A program made the position numbers and the translations under genes. DNA of 59,946 nucleotides, the filler included. It is 3 parts of 3 records of this genome, joined end to end, with 100 filler letters (N's around TTAATTAATTAA, not from the genome) between each part and the next. Parts side by side here need not be neighbours in the genome. Positions count along the whole stretch, not along the records: positions 1 to 29,500 come from DRR723986_1307; 2 more parts are not named here. One strand, given 5' to 3'. Under the pieces are notes generated by a model, which saw nothing but the letters and a program-made list of their open reading frames with translations, was not told the origin of the DNA and made no database searches. Positions 17,365-28,051 of this stretch are shown in pieces (within the stretch, counting starts at the first letter, position 1; every line of letters begins with the position of its first letter).

Positions 17365-18267
17365 CTAAACGACAGATCGGATGGCGTCCTTGATCGCAGC
17401 AATTGCTGGTGTATCAATTTGGCTGATCCGGGATAAAAGACCGATGGGGCGTGTGATCTCCACATTTTGCAGCGTGCTAATCGCCACTTGAGCGGCGCTT
17501 GCGGACTGGAATACAGATTGGGGCAAGAGCGCCGCGCCGATGTTGCTGGCGACAAGCTCTAATGCGGTTGAGGATCGGCTCACTTCGTGGGCCCAGACCA
17601 TACGCAGCCGCGCGCGTGCCATGGCTTCGTCGATCAGCAACCTGTTCCCCGTGCCCCGCGCGGGCAGAATCAATGGCGTATCCATCACCTCTTCTAAGGC
17701 AACAGATGTCTTGTGGGCCAAGGCATGGCTCAGGGGCAAAGCCAGCACGATTTGGTCATCATACAAAGGTTCAAAGAGTGTCGAAGGCTCGAGTATTGGG
17801 ATTGAACACAGGCCAAAATCGGCCTCGCCGTCCGCAACGGTTTCAGCGACTTCGTTTGCGCTCGCTTCGAGCAGGCGAATGCGGGCCGAAAATCCACGGC
17901 CCCGAAAGCTGTGGATCGCCGGGGACAGAACCCGTGAAATCACTGTCGAAACGGTTGCGATTGTCACCAGAGCGTCCCGTTGATGGACAAAGGCCACGCT
18001 TTCGTCTCGCATTGCGCGCGCGGTTTCCGCTGCATCGTTGATAATGGCTTCGGCACGGGGCTGCAGGCGTTTGGCGGCCAATGTTGGCTTTACTGCACGG
18101 GTTGTGCGTTCAAAGAGCACGCTATCCAGTGCCTGTTCCAACTTTTGAACCCGTCGTGTGACAGCGGATTGGGACAGGTTCAAGCGTTCTGCCGCGCCAT
18201 GGAATGACCCTGTGTCTTTGACAGCAAGAAAGGCCTCAAGGTCATTGAAATCGTAATTAATGCGCAT
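17365..18267 (-). CDS. tcuR: LysR-family regulator, divergent from tcuAB
   Basis: GSFHGAAERLNLSQSAVTRRVQKLE..LFERTTR; symbol assigned from context only. Confidence 0.8.
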   Translation of the reverse strand: MRINYDFNDLEAFLAVKDTGSFHGAAERLNLSQSAVTRRVQKLEQALDSVLFERTTRAVKPTLAAKRLQPRAEAIINDAAETARAMRDESVAFVHQRDALVTIATVSTVISRVLSPAIHSFRGRGFSARIRLLEASANEVAETVADGEADFGLCSIPILEPSTLFEPLYDDQIVLALPLSHALAHKTSVALEEVMDTPLILPARGTGNRLLIDEAMARARLRMVWAHEVSRSSTALELVASNIGAALLPQSVFQSASAAQVAISTLQNVEITRPIGLLSRISQIDTPAIAAIKDAIRSVV

Positions 18268-18346
18268 AACGCAATAATCTCAGGAAAACCCTCATTGGTC
18301 AAACCAAACAGGGGGGCGTAGCAAGAATTCGACGAGGGGGCCCGGC

Positions 18347-19732
18347 ATGTGCACAGATTATGACATCACGGTCATCGGAGGGGGGAACGCAGCACTTTGT
18401 GCAGCGATGACGGCAGCCGAAGCCGGTGCCAAAGTGTTGATCCTTGAGGCCGCTCCCAAATCGTATCGCGGTGGTAACTCACGTCACACGCGCAACTTTC
18501 GTTGCATGCACACTGGGCCGCTGGGGCCATTGGTGGATGATTATAGCGAGGAAGAATACCTTGCGGACCTGCTAAAGGTCACCGGCGGCAAAACCAATCA
18601 GCACTTGGCGCGCCTTGCGATCCGAACGTCCGAGGGATGTTTGCCTTGGATGCGGGATCATGGTGTGCGGTTTCAGCCCTCCCTCTCGGGCACATTGTCG
18701 TTGGGCCGCACCAATGCCTTTTTCATGGGCGGCGGCAAAGGCTTGGTGAACGCCTATTATCGCACGGCTGAACAGCTGGGTGTGGATGTGTTGTACGAGG
18801 CCCACGTCTCCCATCTGGAGTTTGATGGCGATCGGATCACGCATATTGATTACACCTACGAGGGGCACGGCCACCGCATTGCCCCCAAGGCGGTAATTGT
18901 GGCGTCTGGAGGGTTTCAGGCTGACACAGATTGGCTCGCACGTGCATGGGGACCAGCGGCTCAAAATTTCTTAATCCGTGGCACACCCTACAATCGCGGT
19001 GTGGTGTTGGCCGATTTGTTGGAACAGGGCGTGCACTCCGTTGGGGATGCAGATCAATGCCACGCCGTTGCGATTGATGGACGGTCTCCCAAGTTTGACG
19101 GTGGCATTGTAACCCGGTTGGATTGTGTGCCGTTTTCCGTAGTGGTGAACAAGAACGCGGAACGCTTCTATGATGAAGGCGAAGATGTCTGGCCCAAACG
19201 CTACGCCATTTGGGGGCGCTTGGTGGCGGCTCAGCCAGATCAGATTGGCTATGTGATCATTGACGCCAAATCCCTTGAGCTGTTCATGCCATCGGTGTTT
19301 CCACCGCTCAAAGCGGATACTCTGGATGATCTGGCCGATCAGATGGACCTGCCCAAGACCAAGTTGCGCGAGAGCATTGATGAGTTCAACGCCGCGTGTG
19401 GGGATACGTCAGGGTTTCACCCCACTGAACTGGATGGGGTTGCCACCAACGGGCTGACACCGCCTAAAACAAACTGGGCGCGCCCGATAACCGATCCACC
19501 ATTTTATGGCTACTCGCTCCGGACGGGGGTGACCTTTACTTATCTGGGGCTAAAGGTTGATGAAAATGCGCAATGCAGCAGCGACCAAGGACCTATTCAG
19601 AACCTTTGGGCGGCAGGTGAAACCATGGCCGGATCCATTCTTGGGCAGGGGTATTTGGCAGGATTTGGAATGACAATTGGCACCGTCTTTGGCCGCATCG
19701 CAGGTCGGGAGGCCGCAGCCTATGCAAACTGA
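18347..19732 (+). CDS. tcuA: FAD-dependent tricarballylate dehydrogenase
   Basis: VIGGGNAALCAA, RGGNSRHTRN, RFYDEGEDVWPKRYAIWG, GYLAGFGMTIG. Confidence 0.9.
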   Translation: MCTDYDITVIGGGNAALCAAMTAAEAGAKVLILEAAPKSYRGGNSRHTRNFRCMHTGPLGPLVDDYSEEEYLADLLKVTGGKTNQHLARLAIRTSEGCLPWMRDHGVRFQPSLSGTLSLGRTNAFFMGGGKGLVNAYYRTAEQLGVDVLYEAHVSHLEFDGDRITHIDYTYEGHGHRIAPKAVIVASGGFQADTDWLARAWGPAAQNFLIRGTPYNRGVVLADLLEQGVHSVGDADQCHAVAIDGRSPKFDGGIVTRLDCVPFSVVVNKNAERFYDEGEDVWPKRYAIWGRLVAAQPDQIGYVIIDAKSLELFMPSVFPPLKADTLDDLADQMDLPKTKLRESIDEFNAACGDTSGFHPTELDGVATNGLTPPKTNWARPITDPPFYGYSLRTGVTFTYLGLKVDENAQCSSDQGPIQNLWAAGETMAGSILGQGYLAGFGMTIGTVFGRIAGREAAAYAN

Positions 19733-20780
19733 TCTGATCCAAGAAGCCCGCCGTCAGGCTGAAATCTGTAACGCCTGCCGTTATTGCGAAGGGTATTGTT
19801 CGGTGTTCCCGGCGCTTCACCGAGAACGAGCCTTTGCAGATGGGGATATCACCCAGCTCGCCAATCTCTGCCACAACTGCCGGGGGTGCTTTTACGCATG
19901 TCAGTATACAGCGCCACATGAGTTTGATTTGAACCTGCCCCAAGCCCTGGCCGAAGTCCGCCGCGACAGTTGGGAAAGCTATGCTTGGCCCCAACCGGTT
20001 GCGCGCCGTTTTCACACGCATGGTGGCGCGATTGCATTGGCTTTGGTGGCCGGGCTCGCCCTTATATTTCTTGCCCTCCGGTTCATTGGATCTGGTGATG
20101 GTAGTGGGTTTTACGCGGCGCTTTCTCATAATGCGATGGTGGCTATTTTCTTGCCCGCGTTTCTATTTCCGCTGGTCAGCTTAGGGATGAGCCTGCGCCG
20201 ATATTGGCATGCTGTCGGGGGGCAGGCGCTCAGATTACGAGATATCAGCGCCGCACTTGCGATGGTGGCAAAGATGAAAGATCTGGCTGCGGGCCATGGC
20301 GATGGGTGCAATTACGAGGACGAAGATCGGTTTTCGCATGCCCGTCGTTATGCGCATCAGGCCATCATGTACGGCTTCCTGCTGTGTTTCGCTGCAACCA
20401 GTGCAGGCACTTTGATGCATTACGCGCTCGATATGCCAGCTCCGTATGCGATCTGGTCCGCGCCTAAGCTGTTGGGTTTTACAGGCGGTGTGTTGCTGAC
20501 GGCCGGGTGTGGATGGATGGCCGCCCTAAAGGTGCGTGCAGACCAGAACCTTGGTGATACGCGCGCGTGGGGCGGGGATCTGGGATTTATCGCGCTGTTA
20601 GGATTTGTCGCGCTCAGTGGGCTAATACTCTATGCCCTTGGGTCCACGGCAGCCATGCCTGTGCTGCTCGCCGTGCATCTCGGCTCAGTGCTGAGCTTTT
20701 TTCTGATAACACCGTTTACGAAGATGGCGCACGGGTTCTATCGAATGACGGCTTTGATCCGCGAAGCCCAGAAAAAGTAG
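19722..20780 (+). CDS. tcuB: Tricarballylate utilisation 4Fe-4S membrane protein
   Basis: ICNACRYCEGYC, LANLCHNCRGCFYACQY..PHEF, TM helices, KMAHGFYR. Confidence 0.9.
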   Translation: MQTDLIQEARRQAEICNACRYCEGYCSVFPALHRERAFADGDITQLANLCHNCRGCFYACQYTAPHEFDLNLPQALAEVRRDSWESYAWPQPVARRFHTHGGAIALALVAGLALIFLALRFIGSGDGSGFYAALSHNAMVAIFLPAFLFPLVSLGMSLRRYWHAVGGQALRLRDISAALAMVAKMKDLAAGHGDGCNYEDEDRFSHARRYAHQAIMYGFLLCFAATSAGTLMHYALDMPAPYAIWSAPKLLGFTGGVLLTAGCGWMAALKVRADQNLGDTRAWGGDLGFIALLGFVALSGLILYALGSTAAMPVLLAVHLGSVLSFFLITPFTKMAHGFYRMTALIREAQKK

Positions 20781-20855
20781 AGCCTGCTGGCATCACGGCT
20801 TTGTTTCATAAGGCAAGGCCCGCGTCCGGGCCCCAGCTTGGGGGAAAAACGCCTC

Positions 20856-21317
20856 TTACTCGCTCTTTTTGCTGCTCAAAATTGCGGTTAAAATCGGCAC
20901 CAAAAGCGCGGGCAGGGATCCCAGAGGGTTCGCCCCGAAACCTTTGACCGCCTCTACCACTTCTCGCGCTTCGGTGGCCATGTCTTCCAATTCATCTTCG
21001 ATGTCTGCGATGGCCATATCGCGCACTTCGATGGCTGGCGCGATCTCTTGCTCTACGTTTGACTGTTTTGCGATCAGCACGAGCAGACCCGCCAACAGAA
21101 GATTTGCAAGGGATAGGACCGCCGCCGCCGCCGCCGAAGACAGCCATGTTTTCAAAACAAAATAGAGAGAGACATCGAGCAAGATAAGCCCCGCAAGTGC
21201 CGCGATACCCGCCACAACCATCAGGATGGTTTGTTGTTGAACGACGGCGAAACGTCGGCGCGCGATCAGCCGCTCAGTGCGGTAAATGGTGGTCAAATTC
21301 CGGCTAATTCTGTTCAT
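20856..21317 (-). CDS. YqjE/phage-holin-like two-TM membrane protein
   Basis: Two TM helices; paired with an ElaB-like gene. Confidence 0.55.
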   Translation of the reverse strand: MNRISRNLTTIYRTERLIARRRFAVVQQQTILMVVAGIAALAGLILLDVSLYFVLKTWLSSAAAAAVLSLANLLLAGLLVLIAKQSNVEQEIAPAIEVRDMAIADIEDELEDMATEAREVVEAVKGFGANPLGSLPALLVPILTAILSSKKSE

Positions 21318-21326
21318 GACTGTATC

Positions 21327-21626
21327 CTATTTCTGCACGCGGCCAACAACATACCCAAGCGTAAAAGCAACCGCTAAAACGGCAATGGGATAGTGTTCCT
21401 GAAGCTTGTGAAACTCCTCAATGACCTCATCCCCCATCGCTTCGATTTTCTTGAGATCAATGCCGTGCTCTTCTAGTGACTTCCTGATTTCATCCTTAGT
21501 CGCAACAGGCGAGGGGTTTTGCGAGACCTCATCATGTTCCGGCTTTTGGTTGGCCTGCGCCTTTAGCTCTTCATTGCGCGCGCGGAGCTTTTCCAGTTCA
21601 ATTTCCAGTTCGGCCTTGGTTGTCAT
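21327..21626 (-). CDS. ElaB/YqjD (DUF883)-like tail-anchored protein
   Basis: Coiled N-terminus; C-terminal HYPIAVLAVAFTLGYVVGR. Confidence 0.6.
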   Translation of the reverse strand: MTTKAELEIELEKLRARNEELKAQANQKPEHDEVSQNPSPVATKDEIRKSLEEHGIDLKKIEAMGDEVIEEFHKLQEHYPIAVLAVAFTLGYVVGRVQK

Positions 21627-21722
21627 GAAAACGTCGCCCTCCAATGTCCAGTCTGGCGTAGCCTATGCTTAGCCCATCGTACTTAGATTGGCCGTAATGA
21701 ACATCATTTTCGGAGTTTGCTC

Positions 21723-22469
21723 TTACTCTGTTGACCCAGCCAGACGGCGTTCCAAGCGATCGAGGCCAGAGCGCAGGGCCTCGTACCCGCCCTGTTCCGC
21801 CACATGCTCTCTCAACTCGGCGTTCAATCCGCCGGGGGTGTTCAGATCAGCCAGCGCCTTTGAAAGCGGACTGGATGACAGGGTGCTCCCAAGCAAAAGC
21901 CGCAGGAACTGATCGGCGTTTGCGGCGTCTTCGGTCCGATCAGCCAGCCACCCTGCTGCTACTTCGGTCATTTTCAGGGCCGGGGACAGGACAGCCTGTG
22001 CGGTCAAATAGGCATCCATCTGATCCGGGGTGTCGAACGAGAAGACGGTGTTCGCCGCCCCGAACAAAGTCTCAACCATCCTCGATTGTGGGCAGACCAA
22101 CACAGGCGAGTTTCCCTGAGAAATCGAGGGGAACGGGATCATGGTGGCGTCAAATGTGGCAGGCGCAATGAGGGTCGAAATCTGCTCGGAAGAGAGACCG
22201 GCCATAAACGAGACGACGCGTTGATCCGGGCGAAACGTAAGGGCTGAAAGAACTGAACCGGCGACATCTGCGGTGGTGCCCAGGAAGATGACCTCGCTGG
22301 CATCAATGACGCTCTGATTGTCCGCAATTTCGATATGTGGAAACGTCGCCCTTAGATGTTCCGATTTGGCCGCGCTGCGATTGCTGACCACGATCTGATG
22401 CCCATCATTCGCAATGCCGGTTATGACAGCACTTGCGATTGTTCCAGTTCCGATAACGCCAATTTTCAT
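21723..22469 (-). CDS. Pyrroline-5-carboxylate reductase-like NAD(P)-binding protein
   Basis: KIGVIGTGTIA, SNRS, DNQSVID, TPGGLN. Confidence 0.75.
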   Translation of the reverse strand: MKIGVIGTGTIASAVITGIANDGHQIVVSNRSAAKSEHLRATFPHIEIADNQSVIDASEVIFLGTTADVAGSVLSALTFRPDQRVVSFMAGLSSEQISTLIAPATFDATMIPFPSISQGNSPVLVCPQSRMVETLFGAANTVFSFDTPDQMDAYLTAQAVLSPALKMTEVAAGWLADRTEDAANADQFLRLLLGSTLSSSPLSKALADLNTPGGLNAELREHVAEQGGYEALRSGLDRLERRLAGSTE

Positions 22470-22509
22470 TGCATATTACTTTTCTGTTTTGGGTTATTGG
22501 GGTCCATTA

Positions 22510-24552
22510 TCAAATGTCCTTGACCAGCCGGAGGGCATCATAGATCGCGGCGTGGGTGTTGCGTGCCGAAACCGCGTCGCCAATTCTGAACAGATGATAC
22601 CCTTGGCCTGCGTCATCCGGTATCTGTGGAATGCCATCTAGCAAGTGGTCATAATTCACCGCACCCCTGTTGAGGCTTTGATCTTTGAGCTCAAAGTACA
22701 AATCGTCCAAGGGCATAGTGCCGTAATTGACAACGATCTGATCATACGTGGCTTGATATGTGTGATCACTGTAATCCGTGCCGATGGTGGCTGTCAGTTG
22801 ATTGCCTGCGCGCGCCACCCTGGTCAGACGTCTCGTCACGGTAAAATGGACATCCTGTGATTGTAGGCTGCGCATATACGGCACGAGGTTCATCCCCATG
22901 ATGTCAGGTGCGAAAGTCCGATCCGGGGTAATGATTTCGACCCGGGCTCCTGAAGCGGCTGCAATTTCCGCTGCTTGCAAGGCTGGATGGTCCCCGCTTT
23001 CATCGTAGATCAGGATCGACTTTGCGGGTTTCACATCGCCGGAAATGATGTCCCAGCTTGAGGTGACGTGGCCTGGTTCAGCATGAGTTTCAAACAGCTG
23101 CATGTTCGGCAAACCCCCAGTGGCGATGATGACCACGTCGGGATTCCGGGCCAATACATCTTCGGCTGTGGCCCAAGTGTTAAAGTGAAACGCGACATCG
23201 CGTGACGCACATTGGGCCATGCGCCAATCGATAATGCCTATCATTTCGCGTCGCCGTTGGGATTGCGCTGTTAACCGTACTTGCCCTCCGGGATCAGCAG
23301 CAGCTTCGAACACGGTGACGTGGTGACCGCGTTCTGCCGCGACACGGGCGGCTTCTAATCCGGCAGGACCCGCCCCGACGATAACGACCTTTTTGGGTGT
23401 CTCCGCTGGCGAGATATCATGCGGCATACTCAACTCGCGACCTGTTGCGGCATTGTGCAGGCACAGGGCCTCTCCCGCTTGATAGATCCGATCCAAGCAG
23501 TAAGTCGCGCCCACGCAAGGGCGAATATCGTCTTCGCGCCCCTCGGTGATCTTGCGGACAATATGGGGGTCCGCCATGTGCGCGCGGGTCATGCCGACCA
23601 TATCCAACAGGCCACTGGCCACAGCATGACGGGCAGTCGCTACATCCGGGATGCGCGAAGCATGAAAAGTTGGCATGCCGGTTTCCTTGCGCACAGCACC
23701 CGCGAAATCCAGATGGGGCGCGCTTTTCATGCCTTGGACAGGAATAATATCGGTCATGGCTGGGTCGGTGTGAATGCGGCCACGGATGACATTTAGGAAA
23801 TCAACCTGACCTGTGTCGCGCAACCGTTTAGAGATTTCCAAACCTTCTTGGGCAGAGACCCCGCCGCTTTGAGCCTCATCTGCAGTATAGCGTAGACCCA
23901 CAATGAACTTGGACCCGACCCGTTTTCGGATCGCATCGAGCACATCCATCGTAAACCGAAGACGATTGTCCAAAGTTGCTGCGCCATAAGGCCCGTCGAG
24001 AGTATTGGAAAGTGGCGACCAGAATTGGTCCATCAAATGGCCATAGGCCTGCAATTCGATCCCGTCCATGCCTCCGGCCTGCATCCGTTCAGCGGCGTCA
24101 GCATAGTCAGCAATGATACGATCTATGTCCCAATCTTCGAGCCGTTTGGGAAATGCGCGATGTGCCGGTTCACGATCTGCCCCCGACGACACCGATGGGA
24201 GCCAGTCACCCTTGTTCCATCCGGTGCGCCGCCCAAGATGGGTCAATTGGATCATGACGGCGCAGCCATGGTCATGACAGGCGTCCGTGAGGTTGCGAAT
24301 CCATGGCACCACTTCGTCTTTGTAGGCGAGAATGTTGTTAAATACGGGCGGGCTGTCCCGTGAGACCGCCGCAGATCCGGCTGTCATGGTCAGGGCGACA
24401 CCCGCTTTGGCCCGTTCTTCGTGATAGGCGCGGTATCGATCCTTGGGCATGCCATCTTCGGGGTAAGCCGGTTCATGACTGGTGGTCATAATCCGGTTTC
24501 GAAGGGTTAGATGTTTCAACTGATAAGGCTGCAGCAGCGGATCTGTGGACAT
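22510..24552 (-). CDS. stcD: NADH:flavin oxidoreductase, N-methylproline demethylase (StcD/HpbA)-like
   Basis: DPLLQPYQLKHLTLRNRI..HEPAYPEDGMPK; OYE barrel; CVGATYC..C Fe-S motif; GAGPAG. Confidence 0.75.
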   Translation of the reverse strand: MSTDPLLQPYQLKHLTLRNRIMTTSHEPAYPEDGMPKDRYRAYHEERAKAGVALTMTAGSAAVSRDSPPVFNNILAYKDEVVPWIRNLTDACHDHGCAVMIQLTHLGRRTGWNKGDWLPSVSSGADREPAHRAFPKRLEDWDIDRIIADYADAAERMQAGGMDGIELQAYGHLMDQFWSPLSNTLDGPYGAATLDNRLRFTMDVLDAIRKRVGSKFIVGLRYTADEAQSGGVSAQEGLEISKRLRDTGQVDFLNVIRGRIHTDPAMTDIIPVQGMKSAPHLDFAGAVRKETGMPTFHASRIPDVATARHAVASGLLDMVGMTRAHMADPHIVRKITEGREDDIRPCVGATYCLDRIYQAGEALCLHNAATGRELSMPHDISPAETPKKVVIVGAGPAGLEAARVAAERGHHVTVFEAAADPGGQVRLTAQSQRRREMIGIIDWRMAQCASRDVAFHFNTWATAEDVLARNPDVVIIATGGLPNMQLFETHAEPGHVTSSWDIISGDVKPAKSILIYDESGDHPALQAAEIAAASGARVEIITPDRTFAPDIMGMNLVPYMRSLQSQDVHFTVTRRLTRVARAGNQLTATIGTDYSDHTYQATYDQIVVNYGTMPLDDLYFELKDQSLNRGAVNYDHLLDGIPQIPDDAGQGYHLFRIGDAVSARNTHAAIYDALRLVKDI

Positions 24553-24839
24553 TATGGCTGAACCTCTCAATCGATCTCAGTAAAGGTGCGGGCTTTGTCC
24601 AGAGAATGGGGCAAATCATACGCCATGTGCCAGAGCAAAAAAACTCATAGGTGCATTAATCCAGCTCACCTTTGAAGCACGCAGAGAGAGGCGTCTTGGC
24701 TGACGGGAACGTCGGAAAATTGTGTTGAATGCTCTGGCTATGCCAGAAAAAAAACTGCCCTCCGGGTGCGAAAATTGCACCGGAGGGCAGGGTCGTCCGT
24801 GAGTGGTGGTGGTATTTGTATGTGTTGTACTTGTGAGCC

Positions 24840-26003
24840 TTACGCCCAGCGACCGCCAAAATCGGCGGGGACCAATAGGTTGTCGTGATTCAATCCCGCT
24901 ACATTTTTCTCGCCACAAAGCGCCATCGTCGTATCAAGCTCTTTGTGAATGACTTCTAGCGCTTTGGTGACGCCAGCTTGCCCCATCGCCCCTAACCCAT
25001 AAACAAAGGCACGCCCAACGTATGTGCCCTTTGCCCCTAGGGCGAGGGCCTTTAGAACGTCCTGGCCTGAACGAATGCCGCTGTCCAAATGCACTTCGAC
25101 GCTGTCGCCGACGGCGTCCATGATCTCTGGCAGAACGCGGATCGAACTTAGGGCCCCATCCAATTGACGCCCGCCATGGTTGGATACGATAATTGCATCC
25201 GCACCTAGCTTAGCCGCCATTTTGGCGTCTTCAGCATCCAGAATCCCTTTAAGGATCACTTTGCCGCCCCATTCATTCATCAGCTTTTCAACCTTGCCCC
25301 AATCCAGGCTTGGATCGAATTGCTCGGCGGTCCACGCCCCGAGAGAGGAGGCATCGGAAATTCCATCAACGTGGCCAACGATGTTGCCGAACTCGCGACG
25401 ATGCGCCCGCAACATCTGCAAACCCCAAGTCCACTTCGTCATCAAGTTTGCGATTGTGCGTGGGGTCAGTTTTGGTGGGGCGGACAGACCGTTCTTGAGA
25501 TCTTTGTGACGCTGCCCAAGGATTTGAAGATCCAGCGTGATCACCAGAGCCGAACATTTGGCATCTTTCGCGCGCTGAATCAGGCGGCTGACATAGTCCG
25601 TGTCTTTCATCGTATACAGCTGAAACCAAAAAGGCTTGTTGGTATAGCTGGCGACGTCTTCGATCGAGTTGATCGACATAGTTGAAAGCGTGAAAGGCAC
25701 GCCAAAGTCTTCGGCTGCGCGTGCGGCTTTCATTTCGCCATCTGCATGTTGCATGCCTGTCAACCCGACTGGGGCAAGGGCAACCGGCATTGTCACATCC
25801 TGTCCGATCATCTGACTCGCCGTGTTCCGCCCAGTCATATCCACTGCTACCCGTTGGCGCAGCCGGATCTGGTCGAAATCCGATGTGTTCTCGCGAAACG
25901 TCTGCTCGGTCCAGCTGCCGCTCTCGGCATAGTCATAAAACATCCTGGGAACGCGTCGTTCATAGATGCGTTTGAGGTCTGAAATATTAGTAATGACAGG
26001 CAC
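24840..26003 (-). CDS. lldD: FMN-dependent alpha-hydroxy acid dehydrogenase (L-lactate dehydrogenase)
   Basis: RMFYDY, FWFQLY, LKGIL, VSNHGGRQLDG, DSGIRSGQD; GTG start after GAGGGAG. Confidence 0.85.
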   Translation of the reverse strand: MPVITNISDLKRIYERRVPRMFYDYAESGSWTEQTFRENTSDFDQIRLRQRVAVDMTGRNTASQMIGQDVTMPVALAPVGLTGMQHADGEMKAARAAEDFGVPFTLSTMSINSIEDVASYTNKPFWFQLYTMKDTDYVSRLIQRAKDAKCSALVITLDLQILGQRHKDLKNGLSAPPKLTPRTIANLMTKWTWGLQMLRAHRREFGNIVGHVDGISDASSLGAWTAEQFDPSLDWGKVEKLMNEWGGKVILKGILDAEDAKMAAKLGADAIIVSNHGGRQLDGALSSIRVLPEIMDAVGDSVEVHLDSGIRSGQDVLKALALGAKGTYVGRAFVYGLGAMGQAGVTKALEVIHKELDTTMALCGEKNVAGLNHDNLLVPADFGGRWA

Positions 26004-26025
26004 GAAAGGCACTCCCTCGCTAATG

Positions 26026-26044
26026 TGGTTAAGTTTTATTACCA
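26026..26044. promoter_or_regulatory. Candidate GntR/FadR (LldR/GlcC-type) operator
   Basis: TGGTTAA-GTTTT-ATTACCA dyad just upstream of lldD. Confidence 0.35.
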
Positions 26045-26138
26045 ATTTCTCGATCCAGATGCAATCGCAGATCGGCATCGTTAAGCGGCCATTTACGAGT
26101 TGAGCATACTTTTGACGCACAGAACGTCGGAGGATGCC

Positions 26139-26684
26139 ATGAAAGGCGTTGTTTTTGTTGAACTATTGCGGATGGCTGAGTCTGTTTTAGGCGAAGATGC
26201 TGTGGATCAGGTACTGGATCAGGTCGATTTAGAATCCAATGGTGCCTTTAGCGCGGTCGGCAACTATCCGTGTCGAGAGCTTCTTAGTTTGGTTGACGCG
26301 TTCGGAGCGCGCCTTGATGCACCGCCAGAAGCTTTGCAGGTAAAGTTTGGACATTGGATGTTCGGCCGGTTCGTTGAAGGGTACCCCGAATTTTTCGAAG
26401 GCAAACGGGATGCCTTCGAAATGCTTGAGGCAATCGAGGGCGAAGTTCATGTCGAAGTGAGGAAACTGTACCCAGAGGTAGAGCTTCCGAGTTTTGCCAC
26501 CGAACGTCCGCTCCCATCGCAATTGCGCATGGTTTACGAATCTGACCGCCCCTTGATGCATTTCTGCCTCGGCTTGATCGAGGCCTGCATCGCGTACTTT
26601 GAAGATCAGGCAGATATTAAAATGGAAGAACAGTCGACCCCAGGAAAGTTTCGAGCCGAGTTTTTGATCCAAAAGGCGGCCTGA
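26139..26684 (+). CDS. Heme NO-binding (H-NOX) protein
   Basis: MKGVVF, EVHVEVRKLYP (proximal His), LPSF, YESDR (YxSxR), CLGLI. Confidence 0.9.
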   Translation: MKGVVFVELLRMAESVLGEDAVDQVLDQVDLESNGAFSAVGNYPCRELLSLVDAFGARLDAPPEALQVKFGHWMFGRFVEGYPEFFEGKRDAFEMLEAIEGEVHVEVRKLYPEVELPSFATERPLPSQLRMVYESDRPLMHFCLGLIEACIAYFEDQADIKMEEQSTPGKFRAEFLIQKAA

Positions 26685-26689
26685 GCTGA

Positions 26690-28051
26690 ATGTCTGAAAC
26701 GTCTCATCCGTCACCTCCAACGGTGTCTCGCCGCCGCTATGAACGAGCCCTGATCGCCAGAGAAGAGGCCGAGCGGTTGCTAGAGGCCAAAAGCCGGGAA
26801 CTGTATGAAGCCAATCAAGGATTGCTGAAGTCCAAATCGTGGCTGGAAAACGCGGTTCAAGAACGCACTGTTGAGCTTGAAGCAGCCCGTATCGCTGCCG
26901 AGGCGGCGAACGAAGCCAAATCTGTCTTTCTGGCCTCTATGAGCCACGAAATCAGGACCCCTCTGAACGGAATATTGGGGATGGCATTGGCGCTGTCAGA
27001 AAATGGGCTCACGAAAGAGCAAGGTGCGATTGTTGATGTCATTCGAGACAGCGGCTCGCTTTTGCTGTCTGTCCTAAATGACATTTTAGATCTCTCCAAA
27101 ATTGAGGCTGGAAAGCTCGAATGTGAAGAAGCGCCGTGTGACTTGTCAGACCTCTTTGGGTCGATTGAAAAACAGTACCAGCTGAACACTCAAGAAAAGG
27201 GATTAGAATTCCGGGTGTCTGTTCCCAAGGGGGCTGGCAATTGGGTGAAAACGGACGCCACGCGTTTGCGCCAAGTTGTTGGGAATTTGTTGTCCAACGC
27301 GATCAAATTTACGGACACGGGGTGCGTTACGCTGACCGCCAAGGTAACCCCTTGTGCCGACGGGAAGTCTAAGCTTACGATAACAATTACTGATACGGGC
27401 CCGGGCATTTCTAAAATTCAGCAAACGCGGTTGTTCAAGCCATTTTCGCAGGCAAATACCAGCATCACCCGCAATTTTGGTGGAACAGGGCTTGGCTTGG
27501 TCATTTCTCGTAGAATTTGCGAGACTATGGAGGGAACCCTTACTCTGAAAAGTGAGGCAGGTCAGGGGGCGGAATTCGTGTCTTCGGTCTTGGTTGAACC
27601 CTGTGCCAGTGAAGCAGCAGTCGATGAAACTCAGGATCGCGATGAGGCGGTGCTTACCAGTACGAAATGGCGCGTTTTAGCAGCCGAGGACAATCGCACC
27701 AATCGCTTGGTTCTGCATCATATGCTCAAGCGCTTTGACCTGTGCCTGGACATAGCCGAAAACGGAGAGCAATTGATTTCACGCTGGCGGGCGGAACCTT
27801 GGGATTTGATTCTGATGGATGTGAACATGCCGGTCATGGACGGGCTGCGGGCGACGCAGATCATTCGTGATCAAGAGCATGAGCAGCGCAAGACGCCGAT
27901 CCCAATTATCGCGGTGTCGGCAAATGCCATGTCACATCAGGTTAATGGATATCTGGCGCACGGGATAACGGATCACGTGGCCAAACCGTTGCGCCGCGCC
28001 GAACTTGTCCGGGCGATGGCAACGGCTTTGACCTCAAAAACTTTCGATTAG
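26690..28051 (+). CDS. Soluble hybrid histidine kinase (HisKA-HATPase-REC), H-NOX-associated
   Basis: [43 protein letters not shown]; no TM. Confidence 0.9.
   Translation: MSETSHPSPPTVSRRRYERALIAREEAERLLEAKSRELYEANQGLLKSKSWLENAVQERTVELEAARIAAEAANEAKSVFLASMSHEIRTPLNGILGMALALSENGLTKEQGAIVDVIRDSGSLLLSVLNDILDLSKIEAGKLECEEAPCDLSDLFGSIEKQYQLNTQEKGLEFRVSVPKGAGNWVKTDATRLRQVVGNLLSNAIKFTDTGCVTLTAKVTPCADGKSKLTITITDTGPGISKIQQTRLFKPFSQANTSITRNFGGTGLGLVISRRICETMEGTLTLKSEAGQGAEFVSSVLVEPCASEAAVDETQDRDEAVLTSTKWRVLAAEDNRTNRLVLHHMLKRFDLCLDIAENGEQLISRWRAEPWDLILMDVNMPVMDGLRATQIIRDQEHEQRKTPIPIIAVSANAMSHQVNGYLAHGITDHVAKPLRRAELVRAMATALTSKTFD

Noticed and set aside
18347-20780. cobZ (cobalamin synthesis)
   Set aside because: Two separate genes with a divergent LysR and no cob genes nearby fit tcuAB better
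24616-24918. Small ORF or riboswitch between lldD and stcD
   Set aside because: Low-complexity translation overlapping lldD; no recognisable aptamer
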